Source of the DNA: Hyphomicrobiales bacterium
GTDB lineage: Bacteria > Pseudomonadota > Alphaproteobacteria > Rhizobiales > CAJQND01
Length of the DNA stretch: 64,000 nt
NCBI GenBank assembly: GCA_028285595.1
Contig: JANQOW010000066.1
Span: forward strand, 350 to 64,349
Reading direction: 5' to 3'
Part shown: piece by piece, positions 7,317 through 16,076 of the stretch
Layout: the number at the start of each line of letters is the position of its first letter
Position numbering within the stretch: position 1 is the stretch's first letter
Program-made: the position numbers and the translations under genes
The notes under the pieces: generated by a model
Databases searched by the model: none
Told to the model about the DNA's origin: nothing
Seen by the model: the letters and a program-made list of their open reading frames with translations, nothing else

Positions 7317-10024
7317 CGACTCTCTTCCAAAGCCGATCTGACCAGATCCGCAAGCACGGCGAGATATCTCCCGCGGGTCATGGAGAAGTGTGATCCGGGA
7401 ACCCAATGGGTCCGAACCTGGCGCGCCAAGGCGGCCCAGCCCAGGGTGTCCTCGGCGAACCCTTGTGTTTCTGCCGAAGCCTGCTGGGCCCGGAACAAGT
7501 TGAGACGACCGCCATAGCCTTCAGGCAGGTAGGCCCGGCGGGCTTTGTCGTGGAGGCCGGTGAGCTGGATTGAGCGCCGAATTCCAGGCTGACGCATCAT
7601 CAAAAGACGCGAATTGCGGTCCACCGCCGAGGCCAGGCCGGACGCTTTGTGGAATGTGCGAAACATCGCATTGGTCCAAAGAGCGCTAAGCGTGGCCCCC
7701 CCCTCGCCTTTTGCTCGCTGGTAGCGCGCTTCGGCGCCGAACAAGACATAGAGCCCGTCCAGCGCCATGGGCCCGGCTTGGGTGAGAATCTGACCGAAAA
7801 ACCGCAGTTCACGCCAGGTGTTCTTGAGCGCCGGCAAGACACCCCGCCCCGTGCTGGATCGCGGCGGTGTGGGGGTATCGATCAGACCGAGGAACGAAAC
7901 AGCCTGTCCCTCGCGCTCAAGCTGCACGGCCATCTCATAGGCGAGCAAGCCGCCAAAGGAATGGCCACACAGCCGGTAGGGACCCAGGGGCTGCACAGTG
8001 CGGATTTGCTCGATCAAACTTACGGCCATGGCGGGCACCGTGCGTTGTGGCTCGGTGGCAAGGTCGCAAGCAGGGTCCTGCACGGCAAACACCGGAAAGT
8101 CGCCGCCCACGGCCTGGCCCAGCTCAAACACGGTGAACGCGAGACCTCCCGCACCATGGATTAAGAAGAGCGGCGGACCGTTGCCATCGGTCCGCAGGCT
8201 GACCAGCGCCGTTGACGGGCGAAAGGCCCTGGCTTCATTTATGGAGCGCGCCAGCGCTTCAACTGTAGGCTCCTCCAAAAAGCTGTTCAGCTCGATTTTC
8301 GCATCCAAGGTGGTCTCCAAAGCCAGGAGAAACTCCACCGTCATTAAGCTGTCACCGCCCAGATCAAAGAAGCTGTCGCATATCCCCACTGGCTTGACCT
8401 TCAACGCTTCGGCCATGAGCGTGGCCAGCCGCAACTCCAGCGCATCACGCGGCGCGATGTACGCCGTGGCAAGGTCCGGCCGAATGCTCTCCGGCGCAGG
8501 AAGCGCGTTACGGTCGATTTTGCCGGACGGGGTCAACGGCAGATCGCTCACCTCAACAAACTGCGCCGGACACATGGCGGCCGGCAGATGGGTCCTGGCG
8601 AGCTGCTGCAGCGCCGACGTTAGGGTTTCATCACCACCTCTCCCCGCGGCGGGCACAATGTAGGCCACCAAGCGCTTGGTCTCCTCATCGCCCTTCAGCG
8701 CCACGATCGCTTCACGCACGCCGGCATGGCGCAGCAGGACCGCCTCGATTTCAGCCGGTTCAATCCGCACGCTGTTGATCTTGATCTGATTGTCGATGCG
8801 CCCGTGGAAGCTGAGTTGACCATCGGTCCTGACCGCCACCCGGTCACCGGTCCGATAAGCTGTGCCTTGCGGCAGTTGCACGAAGCGCTCCGCCGTTAAG
8901 GCAGGCTGAGCCACATATCCCCGAGACAGCGTCGGACCCAGGAGCCAGAGTTCTCCCACGTCTCCATGGTTCACCGGCTTTCGGGCGTCATCCAAGATCA
9001 GCGTTTCGAAATGGGCAAGCGGCTTGCCAATGGGGATGCTGCCCTGCTCGACATCATCATCGGTAATCTCGCCCGCCGTTGCCCACAAGGTGGTCTCCGT
9101 CGGCCCATAGAGGTTCCAAACGCTCTTGGCACGCGCTTTCAGCTCGCCCGCCATGCGCGGACTGATCGCCTCAGCGCCGGTCAAAAGGGTCAACGCCGCA
9201 TCGCCTTGCCAGCCGGCCGCGAGCAGCAATCGCCAGGTTGCCGGTGTGGCTTGCAAAAGACTTGGCTGCTCAGCCTCAATGCGGCTTATCAGGCGACGCC
9301 CGTCGCGCGCTTCGCCGGCGGTGGCAAGCACCACGGTTCCCCCGGCCTGGAACGTTAAGAACAGATCGAGCAACGAGATATCAAAGCTCGGCGAACTGAC
9401 CGACAAAACGGACGCTAGCGCCTCGCTGGGCAAGACCGCAGCCATGGAGGTCAGGTAGGTGATCAGGGCCTTGTGATGGATTTGGATCCCTTTGGGCCGA
9501 CCGGTGGAGCCTGAGGTGTAGATGATATAGGCAAGATCATCGCCCTGTGCGCGCCACTTTGGAGAGCCTGAACTGCGCTCAGGTGGAGCTCCCTCGTTCG
9601 CCCCCACATACACGGTCGCTGCCCGGCAATTGAGGGCCAATGGATCTGTGTCCCGGGCCACCAGCAAGAGCTTGATCCCCACCTCATCGGCCATAGCGCG
9701 GAGCCGGGCTTTGGGATAGGCCGGATCCAAGGGCAGCCAGGCGCCGCCGGCCAGGGTGACCGCGAGGATCGCAATGACGCACTCAGCAGAGCGCCCCAAG
9801 TAGATCCCGCACACATCCCCTGCCTGGAGCCCCGCCCCATGCAGTTCCGCCGCCAGAGCACGGGCCCTGAGATCGAGCTCATCGTAGGAATACGTGGTCT
9901 CTTTGACCTTGATCGCCGTTCGGGTCCTGAACGCGGCGTGAGCCGTTGTCCAGAGTGCACCGAGAGTATCACCGGCCGTGGTCTCATCCAGGGTGAAAGG
10001 CAGAGAAGCAGCAAACGTCGCCAT
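7313..10024 (-). CDS. single-module NRPS-like enzyme: adenylation - peptidyl carrier - thioesterase (A-T-TE), no condensation domain
   Basis: A-domain motifs YIIYTSGSTGRPKG, YRTGD, GRIDNQIKINSVRIEPAEIE and PLTPSGKIDR. Carrier motif FFDLGGDSLM. Thioesterase GHSFGGLLAYEMA. ATG 10024 is chosen over GTG 10060, so the start is uncertain. Confidence 0.85.
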   Translation of the reverse strand: MATFAASLPFTLDETTAGDTLGALWTTAHAAFRTRTAIKVKETTYSYDELDLRARALAAELHGAGLQAGDVCGIYLGRSAECVIAILAVTLAGGAWLPLDPAYPKARLRAMADEVGIKLLLVARDTDPLALNCRAATVYVGANEGAPPERSSGSPKWRAQGDDLAYIIYTSGSTGRPKGIQIHHKALITYLTSMAAVLPSEALASVLSVSSPSFDISLLDLFLTFQAGGTVVLATAGEARDGRRLISRIEAEQPSLLQATPATWRLLLAAGWQGDAALTLLTGAEAISPRMAGELKARAKSVWNLYGPTETTLWATAGEITDDDVEQGSIPIGKPLAHFETLILDDARKPVNHGDVGELWLLGPTLSRGYVAQPALTAERFVQLPQGTAYRTGDRVAVRTDGQLSFHGRIDNQIKINSVRIEPAEIEAVLLRHAGVREAIVALKGDEETKRLVAYIVPAAGRGGDETLTSALQQLARTHLPAAMCPAQFVEVSDLPLTPSGKIDRNALPAPESIRPDLATAYIAPRDALELRLATLMAEALKVKPVGICDSFFDLGGDSLMTVEFLLALETTLDAKIELNSFLEEPTVEALARSINEARAFRPSTALVSLRTDGNGPPLFLIHGAGGLAFTVFELGQAVGGDFPVFAVQDPACDLATEPQRTVPAMAVSLIEQIRTVQPLGPYRLCGHSFGGLLAYEMAVQLEREGQAVSFLGLIDTPTPPRSSTGRGVLPALKNTWRELRFFGQILTQAGPMALDGLYVLFGAEARYQRAKGEGGATLSALWTNAMFRTFHKASGLASAVDRNSRLLMMRQPGIRRSIQLTGLHDKARRAYLPEGYGGRLNLFRAQQASAETQGFAEDTLGWAALARQVRTHWVPGSHFSMTRGRYLAVLADLVRSALEESR

Positions 10025-10146
10025 GGGCTCAAGTCTTAGATAGTCAAACCAGCCGCCCACGCTAACGCATCAGCGCGCACACGTGCGCACACGAAGTTTA
10101 ATGTTTTCGTGAGGCGCGAGTGCGCGCGACTTGAGACCGTTTCAAG

Positions 10147-10965
10147 TCAGGTCCCGGTCTTGACCGCCTTCCAATACTGCTGATTGAGGTAGTCGACCAG
10201 GCCGTCATGCTTCTCCTGAAGGCACTTCTTCAGGCTAATCCTGCGATTCACACTGGTGACATAGCGGCACAGCTCAAGCGCGCCACGCGCTTTATCGCGG
10301 GCTTCCGGCGTAAGCGGCTTTCCGGGTGCGGCGGCCGCGGTTGTGGCGCGGCGCCACATGGGCTCCACCTGATTTCGCTTGCTGCCACGATCGGGCAACA
10401 GATTGATCATGCGAGATGTGATGCGGGCAGCCTGCATGCGCGAAGAGTTGCTGTCCACGATCTGGCTCCCAAGCTTGCGCAAGGGCCCGGTGAAGAGATC
10501 AGCTTCAGCCTTCCCGATGGCGGTAGGATCCGCGCGGGTGGGCAGAGGCAGAAGCGCCGCATGGGCGGCCACGTGGACCGAAACATGAGTCAGGCCGTAA
10601 GACTTCAGCTTGGCCCGGTCAATGCTGACACGCACCGCCAAATGGCGCCGCTGGGAGACGAAGCGCGCAACTTGGCCGGCATCCAGTGAAATGCTCCGCC
10701 CGTCCGGCGTGGTCCCCACCAGTTGCACCAGACCTTCGGTGGCCAACTCATACTCGGTGCCCTTTGGCGGCGAGATGCGACTGGAATCAAGACAGAACGA
10801 TGTGAGTTCGGCGCTGCAGGTCGCACCGGCGCAGGCCAGATCGATGGTACCGCCGGTTTCCACCAACGCCAACGCCTGCGGTGCCGCAGCCGCCCCCGGT
10901 GCCCCCGCCACAAGGCCCGACAAGACTAATCCGGTGATCGCAAAGCAATGTTGGATGGACTTCAT
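10147..10965 (-). CDS. secreted hypothetical protein (272 aa)
   Basis: ATG 10965 is preceded by GAGGAGG. Signal peptide MKSIQHCFAITGLVLSGLVAGAPGAAAA. The upstream part of the track ORF (to 11241) has no coding character. Confidence 0.55.
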   Translation of the reverse strand: MKSIQHCFAITGLVLSGLVAGAPGAAAAPQALALVETGGTIDLACAGATCSAELTSFCLDSSRISPPKGTEYELATEGLVQLVGTTPDGRSISLDAGQVARFVSQRRHLAVRVSIDRAKLKSYGLTHVSVHVAAHAALLPLPTRADPTAIGKAEADLFTGPLRKLGSQIVDSNSSRMQAARITSRMINLLPDRGSKRNQVEPMWRRATTAAAAPGKPLTPEARDKARGALELCRYVTSVNRRISLKKCLQEKHDGLVDYLNQQYWKAVKTGT

Positions 10966-11142
10966 GTGCAAAACCTCCTCGTTAGAGCCATGTGGAGGGT
11001 GAATGCTAGCCACGATTCGGAAGCTGTTCAATGGTAAGAGCCGCCCTGGCTCATCAACTCTTGAGCTGAGGGCACGGCGTGTAACGGCTGCGATAGGGGT
11101 GAAACGGATGAAGACCGGCTTCGGTTGCAGGGTCCGGTGCCC

Positions 11143-11173
11143 TGAACAACAAACGGACGCCCCCGGCGTCCGT
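11143..11173 (-). terminator. rho-independent terminator downstream of the corrinoid-protein gene
   Basis: ACGGACGCC (11153-11161) pairs with GGCGTCCGT (11165-11173) across a 3-nt loop. On the minus strand the hairpin is followed by TTGTTGTT. Confidence 0.6.
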
Positions 11174-11256
11174 CCGTTTGCTTCCCTCCCCACCTGAGGG
11201 AATGGCGGCCCCACCCGCCGAGTGTTCAAAGCCCGGCTCAAAAGCCGGACGAGAGC

Positions 11257-11958
11257 TTAACCAGCAGCCAAGACGTTGTGCTTGCGGGTCATGAACTCTT
11301 TAGCTGTTTCTACCGCGACAGCTGCGTCGCGGCAATAGGCATCAGCACCAATGGCGTCCGCAAACTCTTCGTTCAGCGGGGCCCCCCCCACAAGCACGAT
11401 ATAGTCTTCGCGCATGCCTTTTTCTTTCAAGGTGTCGATGACCACCTTCATGTAAGGCATGGTGGTGGTCAGGAGAGCCGACATGCCCAAGATGTCAGGC
11501 TTGTGCTCTTCGAGCGCCTCCAAATAGTTCTCAACCGGGTTGTTGATGCCAATGTTGATGACCTCAAACCCGGCGCCTTCCATCATCATCGCCACCAGGT
11601 TCTTGCCGATGTCGTGGATGTCGCCCTTCACGGTGCCGATCACCATCTTACCCACACGCGGGGCGCCGGTTTCTGCGAGCAGCGGGCGCAAGATAGCCAT
11701 CCCGGCCTTCATGGCGTTGGCCGCCAAGAGCACCTCCGGAACGAACAGGATGCCATCGCGGAAGTCGATGCCCACGATGCGCATGCCCTCCACCAGGGCC
11801 TTTGTCAGAATGTCATAAGGCGTCCATTCGCGCTTTAAGAGAATGTGCACGGCCTCTTCGATTTCCTCTTTGAGGCCATCGTAGAGATCGTCATGCATCT
11901 GTTGGACAAGTTCGTCATCATCCAACGAATTGAGATCGAGATCTTCTTCCTCGCTCAT
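11257..11958 (-). CDS. cobalamin (B12)-binding corrinoid protein, MtbC/MttC/MetH-cap-plus-Rossmann type
   Basis: ATG 11958 with GGAG upstream. Helical cap region followed by the DIHDIGKNLV (DxHxxG) lower-ligand motif, then MSALLTTT and VGGAP motifs. Very acidic N-terminal tail. Confidence 0.8.
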   Translation of the reverse strand: MSEEEDLDLNSLDDDELVQQMHDDLYDGLKEEIEEAVHILLKREWTPYDILTKALVEGMRIVGIDFRDGILFVPEVLLAANAMKAGMAILRPLLAETGAPRVGKMVIGTVKGDIHDIGKNLVAMMMEGAGFEVINIGINNPVENYLEALEEHKPDILGMSALLTTTMPYMKVVIDTLKEKGMREDYIVLVGGAPLNEEFADAIGADAYCRDAAVAVETAKEFMTRKHNVLAAG

Positions 11959-12099
11959 AGCGCGCACTCCGTTTGGGGGCGGTCACATTCCGCCAACCCC
12001 TTATAGACGCATAAAAATACTGGGAACAGGTAAAATTCCGAGGGCCAGTCGCGACTTTTTTAGGGCGGAAATCGACATTGGCCGCAGCTCCGGCGCAGC

Positions 12100-13341
12100 C
12101 TACACAGCGCAATGATGGATCAATTGCCCACCGCCGTGTCGCCCTTGAGCCATAGTTTCGCGGTTGAGCCAAATGGAAAACCCGTAATCGTGTTCCGTTT
12201 CAGTTCCAACCAGCGGATCTGCCGCTATAGAGATCAGTGGATCTTGCCCGCGCAAATCCTCAAAATTGTTGGGAAATTCCGGCTCCAAGCCGAAGAGCCG
12301 ATGACCGCGCCAGTCGGTAATCTTTGCTTCGACAAACGGGCGGAACTCCGGCGGAATTGATGAGAAATCATGGTTCTTTTGCTCAGCCGGCATCTGTTTC
12401 AAGATCTCCGTCCACACCATGTGGGCGTTCCCGCCCATCAGATGCTTCGTCCCGTAGTTGTTCTGCATCTTCCCGGACAGGCTCATGCGGGCAGATAGGA
12501 CCGCTGCAAGTTCTTCTTGATCCACGGGCCCTTCTTTAGGCATGGAAACGGCCCGATCATGCCAGGCCTGGAGCGCTGCCATAACGTTTGGAGCATTCTC
12601 CTTCATCATGATCCAGTGGGCATGTTGCTGTTCAGCGTGGGCGGGCCAATTGCCGCCATTTCCCTCAGCCTCTCGCTTCCTGCGGAGCTCTGCTCTGCTC
12701 TCCAACATCCGAAGCTCTTTCTCCAAAGCCTGGACCACGACACCGGCTTCAAGAGCGGCAAGCCCCCAAGTTCCAATCCACTGGCTGGGCTGCGCAAAAG
12801 GATCAGGGAAAGCGGACGGCCGGATCTCCCCGTTGCGGCTGATAAAGGGAACCGGATCAACGGCCCAGGCATTGAACCTGTTACCCTGGCCCCAATAGCC
12901 CAGATCCTTCAAATCAGGCAGTCCCCAGGGCGGGCTTACCGGCTGGCTCTGCTCCACTTCAGCGCTGCTCAGGACCTGGACCGCATAGCCATCACCCGTG
13001 AACACCAAAAGCGCGCCCGCTTCAGGCAGGCCCGGTGCATCCGCCATTGCACTCAGATCGATTTGCGCAACAAAGCTCAGCGGACGTCCGTTGTCTCCTT
13101 TAGGCCAGGAGAAGGATCTTGGCGCACGTGGCACACCGCCCAGCCAACTGGTGGGCGCTGGATAGCTTTTGAACGGGGACCTGAACAACAACGCCCAAGC
13201 CGGCAGCTCGGCCGCCCGGGTGTCGGCGCCTGTGCGGGCGCGCATCTCTTCCAGAATGGCGTCGGTATCCATCACCGGCTTTGCGGGCGCCTCCGGCTGG
13301 GGCGCGGATTGCTTCTTCCATCCGAACAGTTTGAACACCAT
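12100..13341 (-). CDS. DUF1963 (YwqG)-like domain protein
   Basis: 413 aa. The pattern SWLGGVP..P....WP......PLSFVAQIDL in the N-terminal part resembles the YwqG family. Recognition from memory. Confidence 0.5.
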   Translation of the reverse strand: MVFKLFGWKKQSAPQPEAPAKPVMDTDAILEEMRARTGADTRAAELPAWALLFRSPFKSYPAPTSWLGGVPRAPRSFSWPKGDNGRPLSFVAQIDLSAMADAPGLPEAGALLVFTGDGYAVQVLSSAEVEQSQPVSPPWGLPDLKDLGYWGQGNRFNAWAVDPVPFISRNGEIRPSAFPDPFAQPSQWIGTWGLAALEAGVVVQALEKELRMLESRAELRRKREAEGNGGNWPAHAEQQHAHWIMMKENAPNVMAALQAWHDRAVSMPKEGPVDQEELAAVLSARMSLSGKMQNNYGTKHLMGGNAHMVWTEILKQMPAEQKNHDFSSIPPEFRPFVEAKITDWRGHRLFGLEPEFPNNFEDLRGQDPLISIAADPLVGTETEHDYGFSIWLNRETMAQGRHGGGQLIHHCAV

Positions 13342-13404
13342 GGCGGGTCTCCTCTTTCAGCCGGAGAAGTTGACGCCATTTGTCTCAAAAAACGCTTAAA
13401 CCGG

Positions 13405-14121
13405 TCAGGCTTCCCGGAACACCCCGTCCTGCGCCGCGACGCGGCCAAACCAGGGATGGTCCACATCCATGGTGAAGCGGAACTTGCCGCCCCCCTCACA
13501 CTTTTGCACCACGTGCAGTGTGCCGGGGCTGACCGCCATGGGCAAAACCAGCTTCCAATTGCCCGTCCGCAAGAAGAAATCTTCCGACTTAAAGTGCAGT
13601 TCGCCGTTCTCCTCAAAGACCTTCAACGTCATGCCCGCATGACGGCCAAAGCACTCCAACAGGCGCCCGCGGCCGTCGCAGCGTTTGGTGGTTTTGGCAA
13701 CAATCTCCCGCACGCCGGTGAAGGCATAGCGCCGCTCCCAAACCACGCCGCCGTCGGGGTCTGCGTAGACATGCACATCGCACGGCACGTTGCGCCCGGT
13801 CTTCCAGGCCATGGGCGCGCCCAGAAAGCGGCCCACATGCGCCAGGGCCAGACCAAACCAGGTGCAGGCCACTTTCTCCATAATGCCGCGGTAGATACGC
13901 ACCTCCCCCTCTTTGGGGCTCGTGCCAAAGCGCGCCTTGATCGCCGGCGCCAGACGGGTCCATGCGGCCGGTCCAATCAGGGTGCGGATACCCATGCCGT
14001 CGCTTTCATATCCGCTTTTCAGGCTCAAGGCCTCCAGGACCCGGTCGGCTGCATCCAGGCCTAAACGCTTCCTGGGGCGCGTGAAGGTATGAACCTTTTC
14101 AAACCGCTCAACAGCCCACAT
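13405..14121 (-). CDS. DUF4166-like domain protein
   Basis: 238 aa. LIGPAAWTRLAPAIKARF ... GIMEKV ... resembles stand-alone DUF4166 proteins. Recognition from memory. Confidence 0.5.
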   Translation of the reverse strand: MWAVERFEKVHTFTRPRKRLGLDAADRVLEALSLKSGYESDGMGIRTLIGPAAWTRLAPAIKARFGTSPKEGEVRIYRGIMEKVACTWFGLALAHVGRFLGAPMAWKTGRNVPCDVHVYADPDGGVVWERRYAFTGVREIVAKTTKRCDGRGRLLECFGRHAGMTLKVFEENGELHFKSEDFFLRTGNWKLVLPMAVSPGTLHVVQKCEGGGKFRFTMDVDHPWFGRVAAQDGVFREA

Positions 14122-14206
14122 TGCTCTTTCCTCCTACTCGTTTGCTCACCCTCGCTTTGCTCGCAGAAAGGTGTGCAGGTCCGTTTGGGAAATTGTGCAG
14201 AAGCGC

Positions 14207-14734
14207 CTATTTTTTCTTCACCAATTTCCCCACTTTTGCGCCCATTTTCATGAGCTTGATCAGAACCGGCTTGGGCAGCCGGCTGACCTGGCCGTACCAG
14301 TCGTTCATAGACTCCACAAACTCCAGCATGTCCTCCATGCGTTCGCGGGCCACGGACGGCGTGTTCTTCTCATCGCGCGCGTCCAGAACCGCCCTGCGCA
14401 TCATGGAGAGCGTGGGATCAATCTCGCGCTTCTTACGCCCATCCACCACGGTAAGGAGAATGTCCCAGAGATCGGATTTGGCCTCAAAGAAGTCGCGCCG
14501 CTCGCCCATAGCGTGGGTCATGGAGATGAGATCCCAGCTTTGCAGCTCCTTCAAGCTGGTGGACACATTCGAGCGGGCAATGCCCAGGGTCTCCACTATC
14601 TCATCGGCGCTGAGCGGACGGTCGGCCAGATAGAGCAACGCATGCACCTGGGCGACAGACCGGTTTACACCCCACCTGGAGCCCATTTCACCCCAGTGCA
14701 GGATGTAACGTTCCATGGCAGGTGTGAGGTTCAT
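14207..14734 (-). CDS. GbsR/MarR-family winged-helix transcriptional regulator
   Basis: ATG 14734 with GGAGA 7 nt upstream. ERYILHWGEMGSRWGVNRSVAQVHALLYL...PLSADEIVETLGIARSNVSTSLKEL matches the GbsR-type wHTH pattern. Confidence 0.75.
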   Translation of the reverse strand: MNLTPAMERYILHWGEMGSRWGVNRSVAQVHALLYLADRPLSADEIVETLGIARSNVSTSLKELQSWDLISMTHAMGERRDFFEAKSDLWDILLTVVDGRKKREIDPTLSMMRRAVLDARDEKNTPSVARERMEDMLEFVESMNDWYGQVSRLPKPVLIKLMKMGAKVGKLVKKK

Positions 14735-14755
14735 AGCGGTCTCCAAATTTCTCTA

Positions 14756-14775
14756 ATTTCTGTCTTAACAGAAAT
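14756..14775. promoter_or_regulatory. inverted repeat ATTTCTGT-N4-ACAGAAAT, candidate operator upstream of the GbsR-like gene
   Basis: Perfect 8-bp arms at 14756-14763 and 14768-14775, 22 nt upstream of the regulator start. Flanked by a direct AATTTCT repeat. Confidence 0.45.
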
Positions 14776-14830
14776 ATGAGAAATCAAAACCGATTTGTCA
14801 AGGTGCACGCGGCTCCCCGCCAAATGTTGG

Positions 14831-16060
14831 TTAAACCATTGCTATGCAATCGATTTCGATCAACATGTCCTTGTAAGCCAGGTACTCAAACGGAATGCCC
14901 GTAGAGACCGGACCGGGGTCCCGGTAGTAGCCGGCACGCACGCTGACGTTCTTTAGGAGATCCTCCTGGCCTTTCTCGCCCGCATAGAAGGTGTTGACCT
15001 TCACAAGGTGCTCAAAGTCCAGGCCGAACTCCTGCAGCACCTTTTGGATGTTCTGCATCGATGTGTGGGTCTGGGCCTGCACATCGCCCGGATCGATCAC
15101 GGCCCCTTCCGGCGTCAACGACACTTGGCCGCCCAGGAAAATGAGATCGCCCACTTTCAACCCATGTCGATAGGGCAGATGCACAGGCCAGTCCCAGTGG
15201 CCAGTGGGCCACACACCCTCGCGGTGCAAGCGGGCACCATCCGTGCCGCGCATGGCAATCACGTCATAGCGCACCATGGCGTCAGACTTGGGCAAACGGG
15301 TGAGCGAGAGGCCCGTGGCCGCGGGGCCAGGCTCCTTGTAGTAGCTCGCCCGGACGAGCGCGGCCTCTTTCCACTCCTCCTGATCACCAGGCTCCACATT
15401 GAACACATTGGCCTTGACCGCGTCATGAAGATCGGCGCCAAGGCCGGCCAGAAGGCGCTGCAGCTTGTCGAGCACCACATGGCTCTGGGCGGCCAGGCTG
15501 CCCGGGCTCTGCATGGCGCCGGTGACATCTTCTGCCGTCTGGCCGCTGGTGAAGATCATCTCCTCGCACCGCACCGCGTGGCTGAAGGTTGATGGAAGAT
15601 CAGGCCCGTCCGGGATCCAGGAGGCCGTGCGCGCGAGCCGCTCCCCATTGTGGCCGCGCATGGCGATGGCCTCGATCTCGATGGTCAGCCCGTCAAAGCA
15701 GTTGGTTTCAATCGGCACCAGCGTCACCGCCGGTCCGGGGCCCGCAAGCGGGCCCAACGTCTCCGCCATGGTCTCCAAGATCAGGCGCTCATCGGGCTTG
15801 TCGCCCAACACATAAAAGGCCGTGAGCTTCACCAGATCGCTGGGCTCGGCCTCCATGCCGGCCAGCACAGTCTTCACCCCTTCCATAGCCATACGGGTCT
15901 GCACCGCCACCTCGCCGGGCCGGGTGACCTTGGCGTCGGCGTTGATATCGGCCTGGCCGCCAATGAAGATCATCTGGCCAACGTTCAGCCCATGGGAATG
16001 GTTGAGATCGATACCGATCGACAAATGGTCTTTGGGATGGAAACGCTTACGGGGGAGCAT
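14831..16060 (-). CDS. triple-domain RidA/YjgF/L-PSP family protein (three tandem RidA-like domains in one chain)
   Basis: ATG 16060 with AAGGA upstream. Three units of about 137 aa each end in IEIEAIAMR, RYDVIAMR and IEIDCIAMV, and each carries the internal (I/L)F(I/T/L)(G/S)GQ motif. Confidence 0.8.
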   Translation of the reverse strand: MLPRKRFHPKDHLSIGIDLNHSHGLNVGQMIFIGGQADINADAKVTRPGEVAVQTRMAMEGVKTVLAGMEAEPSDLVKLTAFYVLGDKPDERLILETMAETLGPLAGPGPAVTLVPIETNCFDGLTIEIEAIAMRGHNGERLARTASWIPDGPDLPSTFSHAVRCEEMIFTSGQTAEDVTGAMQSPGSLAAQSHVVLDKLQRLLAGLGADLHDAVKANVFNVEPGDQEEWKEAALVRASYYKEPGPAATGLSLTRLPKSDAMVRYDVIAMRGTDGARLHREGVWPTGHWDWPVHLPYRHGLKVGDLIFLGGQVSLTPEGAVIDPGDVQAQTHTSMQNIQKVLQEFGLDFEHLVKVNTFYAGEKGQEDLLKNVSVRAGYYRDPGPVSTGIPFEYLAYKDMLIEIDCIAMV

Positions 16061-16076
16061 AAACAAAAGTCCTTTT

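Noticed and set aside
12517-14064. 515-aa plus-strand ORF spanning two minus-strand genes
   Set aside because: It is antisense to the DUF1963-like and DUF4166-like genes. Its translation is Arg/Gly/Pro/His-rich low-complexity sequence typical of high-GC shadow frames, and it would cross an intergenic region.
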